This document shows, in pieces, positions 40,601 to 50,900 of a stretch of 64,000 nt of DNA (position 1 is the first letter of the stretch; each line of letters opens with the position of its first letter). Origin of the DNA: Macrostomum lignano (taxonomy: Eukaryota); contig NIVC01000387.1 in NCBI GenBank assembly GCA_002269645.1, forward strand, positions 124,001-188,000, written 5' to 3'. The notes beneath the pieces are model-generated. The model made no database searches, was not told the DNA's origin, and worked only from the letters and a program-made list of their open reading frames with translations. Position numbers and translations under genes: made by a program.

Positions 40601-42813
40601 GTGGCCGACATCAACTGCCGGATTTCATCGTCCGTAGCATTCACTCCGTTGAACAGATCCTTCGGCCTGGTGAACAGCCTCTTCAGTGGCACCTGCTTCA
40701 CTTCTGCAAAATCAATTTATTCACGGATTATTTAGCATACTGCATACGGATTAGCGATATAGGATTAGCGATATAGGATTAGCGATATAGGATTAGCGAC
40801 AAAGGATTAGCGACATAGGATTTAGCGACATAGGATTAGCGATATAGGATTAGCGATATAGGATTAGCGATGTAGGATTAGCGATATAGGATTAGCGATA
40901 TAGAATTAGCGATATAGGATTAGCGATATAGGATTAGCGATGTAGGATTAGCGATATAGGATTAGCGATATAGGATTAGCGATATAGGATTAGCGATGTA
41001 GGATTAGCGATATAGGATTAGCGATATAGGATTAGCGATATAGGATTAGCGATATAGGATTAGCGATATAGGATTAGCGATATAGGATTAGCGATATAGG
41101 ATTAGCGATGTAGGATTAGCGATATAGGATTAGCGATATAGGATTAGCGATGTAGGATTAGCGATATAGGATTAGCGATATAGGATTAGCGATATAGGAT
41201 TAGCGATGTAGGATTTGCGATATAGGATTAGAGCGAGCCATCAAGGCACGTTTGCAGATTCTGTCCATTTCATCTAGTTAAGCTTCAAGAATATTCTAGA
41301 AAGATCAGTGGCCGATTTCAGTTGATTCGGTTGGGAGCTGAACTTCCTGCTCCATCCCGGTGACTAGCATTCACTTTCCTCTATTGAGAGTTTCCCCGAC
41401 TGCTGATATGTAGCGTAAGATACTTTAGCAAGGCACTATCGCTGCACTAACAGGTGCAAGCATTCAGCGAACTCACGATCTGGGTCAGTCCAGTTGGTGG
41501 GAAGAGCCTTCAGGGCCGCGGATGCCACCAAACGCGTGGTCCGATGCGCCATCAGCTTGTTGACAGCAGCCAGCGCAGTGCTGGCGTTGCCGTACCTGCG
41601 GGGATTGCGGCACTGCTCTGATTGGTTCGGAGTGCGGCTGTGCAGAATGCTTAAGATATAGCTTAAAGCAGGCTGGGAGTCTGGGCTTGCAACCCCCTAC
41701 AGTCCAGTGGATGCAGGCTGGGAGTCTGGGCTTGCAACCCCCTACAGTCCAGTGGATGCAGGCTGGGAGTCTGGGCTTGCAACCCCCCTACAGTCCAGTG
41801 GATGCAGGCTGGGAGTCTGGGCTTGCAACCCCCCTACAGTCCAGTGGATGCAGGCTGGGAGTCTGGGCTTGCAACCCCCCTACAGTCCAGTGGATGCAGG
41901 CTGGGAGTCTGGGCTTGCAACCCCCTACAGTCCAGTGGATGCAGGCTGGGAGTCTGGGCTTGCAACCCCCCTACAGTCCAGTGGATGCAGGCTGGGAGTC
42001 TGGGCTTGCAACCCCCCTACAGTCCAGTGGATGCAGGCTAGGAGTCTGGGCTTGCAATCCCTACAGTCCAGTGGATGCAGGCTGGGAGTCTGGGCTTGCA
42101 ACCCCCCTACAGTCCAGTGCATGCAGGCTGGGAGTCTGGGCTTGCAACCCCCCTACAGTCCAGTGGATGCAGGCTGGGAGTCTGGGCTTGCAACCCCCCT
42201 ACAGTCCAGTGCATGCAGGCTGGGAGTCTGAACTTGCAACCCCCCTACAGTCCAGTGGATGCAGGCTGGGAGTCTGGGCTTGCAACCCCCCTACAGTCCA
42301 GTGCATGCAGGCTGGGAGTCTGAACTTGCAACCCCTGCAGACCAAGGCAGCTCACTGCGAAGCCAATGAGAACAAAAACTGCGCATATATGTGGTCTAAA
42401 TTTTATGTGAACAAAAGACGCAGACACGGGACGGGACGCACCATTCGCCATCTGCAGTCTCGTCCCTGGAGACGGACTCGCTGCTCTGGCAGACGCCCAG
42501 GTGACAGGCGGACCGCAGGGCGGCCAAGAGGCCGTCGGAGGCCAGCGGGGTCGGCCGGTAGTCGCACTCTGGGCTCGACCTGATGAAGTTCTGCGACTGA
42601 CGCACCGCCACCAGGATCATGAAGAACACCAGCGGCATCACCAGCTCGATGGAGGTCTTTGCCTGCGGTGGAGCGAGTCCTATATTGCATGACACTACTC
42701 AGGAAGCTGGTCATAATAAGTAGGGAAATTCTTACCCATTGTCTCTGCTTCAGTTTAATGTTTTTCCATTGCAGCAGGTAAAATTGCTTGAAAAAATTTG
42801 TCATGTTTGGCAT
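22627..42813 (-). CDS. Full-size ABC subfamily A lipid transporter (ABCA1/2/4/7-like, large extracellular domains); 22 exons, about 2419 aa
   Basis: Exons 42813-42736, 42662-42442, 41595-41477, 40703-40585, 39778-39560, 39469-39389, 38162-37793, 37265-37117, 36436-36317, 35147(or 35111)-34491, 33813-32634, 32538-32170, 31662-31208, 30685-29823, 29342-28658, 28047-27842, 27759-27321, 26886-26744, 26505-26247, 24016-23606, 22829-22757 and 22670-22627. Phases are all consistent (7260 nt). NBD1: GHNGAGKS / LSGGMKRR / LDEPTAG / [11 protein letters not shown]2: GVNGAGKT / YSGGNKRK / LDEPTAG / SHSMED. Confidence 0.95.
22910..23585. repeat. 23-bp minisatellite (gccagccccaatcaggagagggt), ABCA intron 20
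   Basis: About 28 tandem copies. Confidence 0.96.
24108..24292. repeat. 35-bp minisatellite, ABCA intron 19
   Basis: About 5 copies of tgatccacctgccccagagttcaccaaccggtagg. Confidence 0.9.
24880..25090 (+). mobile_element. CR1/L2-like LINE 3' fragment
   Basis: Translation [16 protein letters not shown] matches the 'F.PR....WN.LP' C-terminal motif of CR1/L2 ORF2. Confidence 0.55.
25355..26135. repeat. 20-bp minisatellite (gagagctacagatcttccat), ABCA intron 19
   Basis: Tandem copies across about 780 bp. Confidence 0.96.
27012..27240. repeat. About 40-bp minisatellite, ABCA intron 17
   Basis: atacccctcactctaccccttccagtgcttttagggctccg, about 5-6 copies. Confidence 0.9.
28171..28475 (+). mobile_element. 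tRNA-derived SINE, family 2, copy 2 (ABCA intron 15)
   Basis: Same head (ggccgtagcccagt..ctcgattccaagtgca..ttaattt..gctaaattggaatctcgg) and tail as 9176-9375, with a longer central segment. Confidence 0.7.
29500..29710. repeat. Degenerate repeat (ggagttaggggtcaa / agtcatagggtcat), ABCA intron 14
   Basis: Direct reading of the sequence. Confidence 0.75.
30760..31180. repeat. 18-bp minisatellite (gtctaccctgactaccca), ABCA intron 13
   Basis: About 23 copies. Confidence 0.96.
31770..32150. repeat. gtgagca(ggaa) compound repeat plus agacagttagc repeat, ABCA intron 12
   Basis: Direct reading of the sequence. Confidence 0.93.
34215..34468. repeat. About 38-bp minisatellite (tgtacagtacagcatagggtgtacagaataac..), ABCA intron 10
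   Basis: About 6-7 copies. Confidence 0.92.
35260..36150. repeat. 18-bp purine-rich minisatellite (atggaaatgaggatagac), ABCA intron 9
   Basis: About 48 copies. Confidence 0.97.
36505..37052. repeat. Variable 20-25-bp repeat with core agattcactc, ABCA intron 8
   Basis: Direct reading; includes higher-order duplications. Confidence 0.92.
38270..39290. repeat. 20-bp minisatellite (gactcacttgggatcccact), ABCA intron 6
   Basis: About 50 copies, decaying toward 39290. Confidence 0.96.
39890..40275. repeat. 20-bp minisatellite (tgacaccttggcgctcatcc), ABCA intron 4
   Basis: About 19 copies. Confidence 0.95.
40748..41232. repeat. 14-bp minisatellite (aggattagcgatat), ABCA intron 3
   Basis: About 34 copies. 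Confidence 0.97.
41668..42335. repeat. 45-46-bp minisatellite, ABCA intron 2
   Basis: agtccagtggatgcaggctgggagtctgggcttgcaacccccctac, about 14-15 copies. Confidence 0.96.
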
Positions 42814-44759
42814 GCAGCATGGCTGAAATTAATTAAAACAGACATTACTATATTAACCAGTGATGCATACTACATTGATATAAAGAAAGAGAAGACAGAG
42901 TGCAACTTTAATGTGTTAAGAAACTAAAAACAAATTTATGCTTGTATTTATATTTTGTTTAAATAAATTTTTTTATTATCTTGCCAACCCAATATTGCTA
43001 AAATTATTCCTCTATTAATCTATTTATTAAATAAATTTAAAGTCATTAGAACCAATATTTTTATGTAATGAAGAATTAAACACTATAATATAATATATCA
43101 ATTAATTCTTCATTACAATATTAATTTTTATCTATATTAATACAAATATATAAGAAATAAAAACCAAAAAATTACTAGATTAAAAGTATAAATCAGTAAA
43201 TTTAAATTTAACCAATTGCTTAGTTACAAAATTCTAAAACAAGCTTTAAAAAGTTATAAATATTACTATTACCCTAAGACTAAGGCAAACAATGGATAAA
43301 TAATCAGCAGTCCCAGTGTGTGACAACGATTGTCTGGCGAGCACCAGTAGGCACAAGCCATAGACAAATCGTTGTCACGTGCTGCGACCGCTGATTATTT
43401 GCATTGTTTTTCTGTTTGACGATCCTACAGACAATGCATTGTTTGTAGTAGTGGATTGTTCTGCATTAAAAATGTGAATAATGATTGTCAAATTGCTGAA
43501 CAATGAATAACAAAACAATTAAAATAAAAAAGATATAGGCTAAATAAAAAAACTAAAAAATAGAAAATAAGTGCAAGCAAACTAAGGGTAGGACTCAAAT
43601 AACCATTTTAAAAGATGAAATATTATAGCAATAAGTAATAAAAATATTAGATTGTAGAATATAAAATTATTCTTTGAAATAAAATTCAGCTAGCCTAAAG
43701 TAACATATTTAAAAAGAATTGCTTAGGATTGCTTAGGAATTGATAGAATTAATTAATCCTATTATTATTATTAATAATTTGTCTTTCAAGATTGGCTATA
43801 AGCAAGTTACCAATATGGCACTCAGTTGCCAAACTGGCCTATTATATCCTGGTAAATTATTGCACCATTGGCAACAAGCTAGCAAGCTAGGTATATGTCA
43901 TCTAAGTTAAGTCATAATGCTTATAGCTAAGTATATAAGATACTATTGCTAACACTATAGGCACCCTTAGGCCTACTAATAGACAGGTGCATACCTAACA
44001 TTTTGTCAATTGCCTGCTATCTGATGCTAGGCCTAGCATCTAAAATACTATTAAGTAGCATAGGTTAAATTTGCACCTAGGCCCTAAACCCCCACTCTCA
44101 AATCTTACATATATGCCGCAAAATTATGGTATACAATACAATGGTCATGGAAAAATTGTTGGCATAAAGTATCTGGCATATAGAAATCAGCTGAAAAAAT
44201 TTGTGCCAAAGAGCCAGTGTATAGCGTAGCTATTGGCATACAAAAGACATACATTATTGTGTACATAATTCAACTATTTACCATCAAATGACAGTGGTGA
44301 AACTAGAAGATTGCCCATCTAATTTATTGCTGTTTTTAGGAACATTTCCAAGCAAATTCTATTAGTATAAAGTTGTAATCATGAAATAAGTAAGGTATTC
44401 AATGCACTGAAATTCTGAAAATTGTATTGATATACAGTGTAGTAGCAAATTATAGAATACAGAAATACGATCCGACCGACACCAAAATAAAAATGTTTCC
44501 AGTGTGTTTCTATGAAAACTGACATTTAAAATTTTTTTCGTTTATCAATTTGTTTGCTCCATCAAGTGATTCCGTGGATCTGATCTCGTAATACGAGCTA
44601 GTTAATTATCTATCTCTGTTCCGAAATCACTTTGATAAGTAATAAAAAACGCTTTAAATAATAAGCATCTAAACTCTTTATCTGAACATTTGATATCATT
44701 AAATAACTTTGAAAAGATAGACAGATGTCTGAAAAATACATCCATACTATCACTATATT

Positions 44760-45665
44760 TATATATATATATTAGGACGCAGAGGGGAGGCCCCTTGCGC
44801 GCACACGCTCGCAGAACAGGCGGGAGGAGCAGGCAGCAGCAGCAATCTGAGGGGTCAGCTCAAGCGCCTGCAAGTCAGCGATGAGGCAGTCCGTTAGAGT
44901 AGCAGTGCGGGTCTGGCCGCGGCGCAATTGCTCGGTCGGCCGGTGCAGCATGGCCAGGGCCGGAGGGACGGGCGCACCCCCGACCCAGGGTCCGTAGGCA
45001 GTGGCCCAGCAGCATCTGGCGGCGCCGGCGCAGGGTAGCGCTCAGGGGCGGAGTTCCAGCGCGGGCCATCAGAGCGTTGGTCGGCAGGCGATCCGGGTAG
45101 TGCACGCCCAGCGCGTAGCGCAGCAGCGATCGGTAAAGCGCGCGTCCAAGGCTCGCTCTCACGTTTCGGACAGCGGCACAGCCTCCATGCCGTACAGCAG
45201 GATCGGCTCGACGGCCGCGCGGAACAGGCGCACCTTCAGGTCGTCTCTGGCAGCTGAATTAAAAACTTCCTGATGAGGTGCGCGGCGCGCCAGGCCTGGT
45301 TCCTCCTGTCGGAGACAATCGCATCGGGGCTCATTGCCAGGGCGCCCAGGTACCGGAAGTCCTCGCACACCGCGATGCGATCTCCATTGGGCAGCGTTAG
45401 AGTTGGGGCGGTATTCGTGCCCACGTGCAGCGCCTCCGTCTTGCGAGCGTTCACTAGCAGCCCAACACGGGAAGACCTGCCGCGTGTCCGGGTTTCTCAG
45501 GTCGGCCCAGAGCGGGTGAGATGGCGCAGGCCGGAGCTTTTGCCAATGCAGATCAAAGTCGCATGCCACCAGGCGGTGATCAGATTGAACGCAGTCGGGG
45601 CGGATGTTGAGGCGATTGTCTCTGCGCACCCTGGACCTCAGAGTCCTGGACCTGCGCACCCGCGC
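44760..45665 (-). mobile_element. RTE-like non-LTR retrotransposon remnant with internal deletion
   Basis: The APE endonuclease end (SDHRLV) is joined directly to the post-RT region (VGLLVNARKTE, FRYLG, KVRLFRAAVEPILLYGME, LRRRRQMLLGHCLR). Frameshifts present; (AT)n tail near 44760. Confidence 0.8.
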
Positions 45666-46699
45666 ATACTACGCTCGTATCACTACCCGGCTCGTAACTC
45701 GTAACTTCCAGTAATACGATGCATAAATAGGCTTTGGTATATACTGTTGCTGCGGAGGTTTGCATCAATTTCCAAGAAGTTGTTGCTGATTTATTCTTTT
45801 TTACTTTAATTGCTGGTCATAATTTTTCCAACCGTATCATGCAGTTTATAACTTAATTATGTACTTCGCAATTAAGGCGAAAAATATTGTAGCTATGGAC
45901 GTATAAGATGTACTCGCATTCGAGTATTAAAAGTATAAGTTGACCGTATGTTGGACATTAAAGCATCTAGTTTTCTGATCATGGATGTTAATTTAAACTT
46001 GGATGCTTTGCGTTTCTCTAAAAAGTCTACTGATCAAAGAGCGCCATCAACTTCCTACAGCGTTAACTGATATCCATGCTGTAGGCTATGAGTAGTAATG
46101 ACAGGAAGGATATATAGTGTCAATATCAAATCATTAAGTCTTCTTAATATTCACGTGCAATCCACTTAACCTTTGTGATTTAATTTAAGAAGCCGAGCTC
46201 AGATTGAGTCAGTATAGGGCTCGACACATTGTTCAAGCGGAATTACTAAAGTAGTTTCACATGTCCAGACGGAGAGGTGAGGATAGCGTCGTCCCTGACG
46301 TCATTCATAACGATGTTGTTGCTCAGCTCGAGTCGCCGCACAACAGCGGCACAGCCAGCTTGTCCCGGGTGACAGCAGCGGCGAGTTTCTGCAGGCCAAG
46401 GAGTCGGAGCTGACGCCGCCGAGAACAGTAGCTAGGAATTTCTTCTGTGATGAAATTTGTGATGCACTCTGTCCGGCTGGAGTTGCGCAATGCTTCAACT
46501 CGGCGCAGAGCTCCACTGGTCCCCAGCTGTTTTGATGTGAACAGGGTGCGTGCACCTGGCCCCGCTGTCTGCCCGCTAGCTTTGTCAATTTTGGTAATGG
46601 GACAAATTGTGTTTTTTTCTCTTTCGAGTTTGAATACTCGAGCACTACATTTCCAGGGAGCCTGATAAGTGAGTTTTGAGTCCGTCTCCTCATCAATTG

Positions 46700-47750
46700 G
46701 TTTCATCTTCTAGAAAACGTATTCAATATTTACACCTGCAGCAATGTAGCAGCTTCTTAGGCTTTGCCTGGTCCATCTTTGGAAGCTGAGGACACGGAGG
46801 AGTTCATCATCAATGGGAATAAAGCAGCCTGTTCTCTTCAGCTAGAATTTGCTCACTGAGCTCATGCAGTATCTATTCGGTGTGCTACATAAGTCTTTTC
46901 ACTTTTTCTCAAAGCCCAAATCAAATCTCAGGAGCGACTGCAATGAATTGGCTACCTTCCAAATTTAAATTTTCAAGGTCATGACAGAGGTGCTAGGCCT
47001 CTCAGTCCAACGGGGTGGGAAAATCGAGCAAACACTTCACCGCGCACCGCGCACCGCGCGCCGTAGCTGCGTTAATTTGCTTTCAGGAGATCAATGAGCA
47101 GCCTGTGCCTGAGGTGAGCACACTGCGACTCCATGCATGAAACAGCTGGCTATTTTCTCAGCCTCACTTGATGAAGCATGGTCCCATGTGTTCAGTGATT
47201 GCCTACCTTTCTGCCTCCCCAACCCCACCTTCTCACTTTTGTCTGCTGCTGCCAAACAGCCCTGTTCTTGGCAACGAAACTTCCAGACCAACGTCCTGTG
47301 CGATCAATCTTGCGTGATGATAGGCCTGTCCCCAGCGGAAACAAACTCTTTCAAGTTTTTGTCTCGATTTACACCATACTTTCCGCCTCTGAGCTTAGGT
47401 GGTGCCTAAAGAAATACTCGGGGGATGCTTATCGAAATTTTGCTGGGCTGCGGCCAACAACTCAGGAGCAAATTCTGTGGGAGCAAAGTAGCAGAGCGGT
47501 AACGAAGATGACTTGTTGACTCTCGACTCTTTCATGCTTGCTTCCCCAATCCAGGATGCGGTACGAATGTGGAATGCCAGAAGGATTTCGTGAAGTTGGG
47601 GATTCCGCCAAATCGAGCAGCTGGGCAGCTTCCACCAGCCCAAGGCGCCAGCCATTGGTCGGGTCGCGCACTGCCGGGCGAGGGCCAATGAACTCAACTC
47701 GCACTGCGCCAGTGTCCCACCGGATCGATGCCGAGAAAGACATTTATGGG
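46700..47750 (-). mobile_element. Possible heavily decayed hAT transposase fragment
   Basis: Scattered frames give LARQCATR, IFVTALLL and YHHARLIAQDVGLEVSLPRT, loosely like hAT transposase motifs; judged by eye only. Confidence 0.25.
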
Positions 47751-47807
47751 CAAAATTTATGGGAAACTTTGCACTCGCGATTTCCCCCGCGTCTTGAAAG
47801 CGTTCTC

Positions 47808-47965
47808 ATAGTTCGGACAGACAGTTCTCATAGTTCGGACAGACAGTTCTCATAGTTCGGACAGACAATTCTTATAGTTCGGACAGACAGTTCTCATAGT
47901 TCGGACAGACAGTTCTCATAGTTCGGACAGACAGTTCTCATAGTTCGGACAGACAGTTCTCATCG
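47808..47965. repeat. 22-bp tandem repeat (tagttcggacagacagttctca) ending just upstream of the GPCR ATG
   Basis: About 7 copies. Confidence 0.95.
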
Positions 47966-47980
47966 GGCGAACGCTTAGCA

Positions 47981-50900
47981 ATGAATTCTAGCCAAGGTGA
48001 CTGCACCCAGGAGGACAGCAGCTTCATCAACTCGGTGATGGAGCGGACGCTGGGCCAGCGGCAGACGTCGCTGCAATTCAAGGTCCCCTTCGGAGTCATC
48101 TACTCACTCATCCTGATGCTGGGAGTCAGCGGCAACCTGTGCACCTGCGTGGTGATCGCTCGCACCAAATGCCTGCACACTGTCACCAATTTGTACCTGT
48201 TTAGCCTGGCAGTCAGCGACCTGTCACTCCTGCTGACTGGTGAGTTGCCTCCGAATGGCGCACTGAGTGCTTTGGGTTGCCAGGGGTTTCAAGCTGATGG
48301 GCCGCAACAGCAAGGTTGGCTTGTCCCTCCATCGGCATTAAGATAGGTTGCACCAGCAGAGGTTGCTTAGAGTTGGTCATTCCCGAGGAGTAGGGGATTA
48401 GCTGACCAACCTGGGCATTAGGGGATTAGCTGACCAACCTGAGCATTAGGGAATTAGTTGACCAACCTGAGCATTAGGGAATTAGCTGACCAACCTGAGC
48501 ATTAGGGAATTAGCTGACCAACCTGAGCATTAGGGAATTAGCTGACCAACCTGAGCATTAAGGGATTAGCTGCCTTATAGCTATGGAAAGCATAGAAACC
48601 ATGGAAGCAGCGATCTACTCAGAGTCTCCTGTAAGGCTTTGCAAAGCAGAGACTCAATTAGTTAGCTGCTGGGCAGTCTAACACAAACTCAACTTCAAAT
48701 ACAAAAGTCAGGAAGCAGAGGCAGCAGTTGTGAGCGCTGTTGGCTCACCTGGGCAGCAGCGGGGAGCGACCTACCCCTGCAGGTGAGAGGGGGGCGGGCG
48801 GCGCCTCCACAGTGGATTTCCGGGACAGCTGACCTGTCTCCTGCCCCCTGGCGCCAGAGAGCTGCAGAAGCCGCATTCATTTATGAAGATCCGTAGGTAG
48901 AGGCGCATGGCAACCGCGCACAATGCGAAATCCCGCTATGCAATGGAAGCAAATGATGATGGCTCATCCATTGAGCCGCTGCGGCGCATGCATGGCATTT
49001 GCTGTGATTGGAACTCGCCGTCCTCCTCCAGGCTGGCCATCTCATGCAGGATGAGCATACCGGGCAAGATGCAGGGAGGCTCATCAGCGACCATGCAAAT
49101 TGAATTCCCGGATGGCCTGCGGTCAGACGGAATGGAATTGGGAGATCAAAGGCGAATAAGACGGGATCTCAGACTCTCTTGGATATGAAGCCTGCCAGGA
49201 TTAGCATTTGGCATTTGAAGAATTTTCAGATCCGAACTACTTTCGGAAAGTTTACTTTCAGAGCTGGGACGGTTTCATCAACTATAATAATAGATAATAA
49301 AAAATTCGCATTCAAATAGAATTGAATTGGAGTTCTTTAGCGCCGTGGTGATCACAAAGGATACTGTGTGGCAAAGATTTGAATTAATAGACCAGAAAAA
49401 TCTTTGAAGTTCAAATAACAAAGAGTTAATATTTTACGCCGTCGGGGCTGGTTTGGTAGAACTTAGAAGCAAGCGAAACTGGCTGTCTTTGCACAAGCAG
49501 AACTGAATGGACCCGTGCGGGCTCACTGGCTTGGAGAGCATCATGCGAGCCAGTTTGAGACAGTCAAAATAAATACGGACCGAGCCGGTGGCCGGGGGAA
49601 TGCGTGAGGAATGCAATTTCTAAAAAGGCGAAATCAGCGAAGCGCACAATGCAGCGGCTCGCCCTGGGATAAGTGAAAGCCGATTGCCGGCAATCAATCT
49701 GCGAGCCGGAGTGGCCGGTCAGGGCGGGAGAACTGGGATATGAAGGGGCGGCATCCTGCCACGGGTAGCCGGCGGGGGGTCACCCAGGGACAGGGGGAGG
49801 GGGGAGGCGAGAGACGCGGGCGGAATTCCTCGATCCCTCCCGGATTCTTATCCCAGCGACCGTCGGGCTTTGGTTGCCACGCGCAGCTTGACGCCTTCAT
49901 CCGCCTCCGAGCGGGATTGCCGGATTTCAGCTGCCGCCGCCTCGTCTTGCCTAATTAATTGAAGTCGAGAAGTCGAGAGCCAAGCCATAAACGGAGTTAT
50001 TAATAATGAATAACTCAATGCGAATCTTGCAATTACTTTCACCTGTCTTATGTAACGAAATCCAAATTGGTACCGGATGTACATGCAGCTGCCTTGTTAC
50101 GTATCTTGCGCACCTACTTTAAGCCTTATTCTATAACAGACCTTTAAACTGCTAGAGAAATAGGAGATTAATTCATTTCTGCAACAAAGTCTTGAAGGAT
50201 AACGGCGTCGCAGGGAGCGCTTCAAGGCTTCGACTGTGCACCGGCTGCGAGCGGTTCACACCGCCATCAAAAAAGGCCAATTATCTTGCAATCGCCCGAC
50301 TGTCGCATACATGTCACGCGTACTTTTCGCTTTGTACATCAGTGGGCCTTATTTACAGGCTCAGTAGAAAGTTCCGAAGCTATTTACAGGCTCAGTGGAA
50401 AGTTCCGAAGCTATTTACAGGCTCAGTGGAAAGTTCCGAAGCTATTTACAGGCTCAGTGGAAAGTTCCAAAGCTATTTACAGGCTCAGTGGAAAGTCCCG
50501 AAGCTATTTACAGGCTCAGTGGAAAGTTCCGAAGCTATTTACAGGCTCAGTGGAAAGTCCCGAAGCTATTTACAGGCTCAGTGGAAAGTTCCGAAGCTAT
50601 TTACAGGCTCAGTGGAAAGTTCCGAAGCTATTTACAGGCTCAGTGGAAAGTTCCGAAGCTATTTACAGGCTCAGTGGAAAGTTCCGAAGCTATTTTAGCT
50701 GCCAGGCCAGGAAGGGGCTCCCCTGTCCGGAGCGGCAACTCTTCAAACTGCCGCGTTCACTGCCTGAGCCAAACAGCTTCTGTCTTTAATCTGGGGAATG
50801 CGACTTGGCAGGTGGGTTGGAAAAGAAAATAGTTTTGCTGGAACGCAGGCGACACCAACAGGGGGGGGGGGGTCGCGGAACAAGAGGGAGGCGGCACCGC

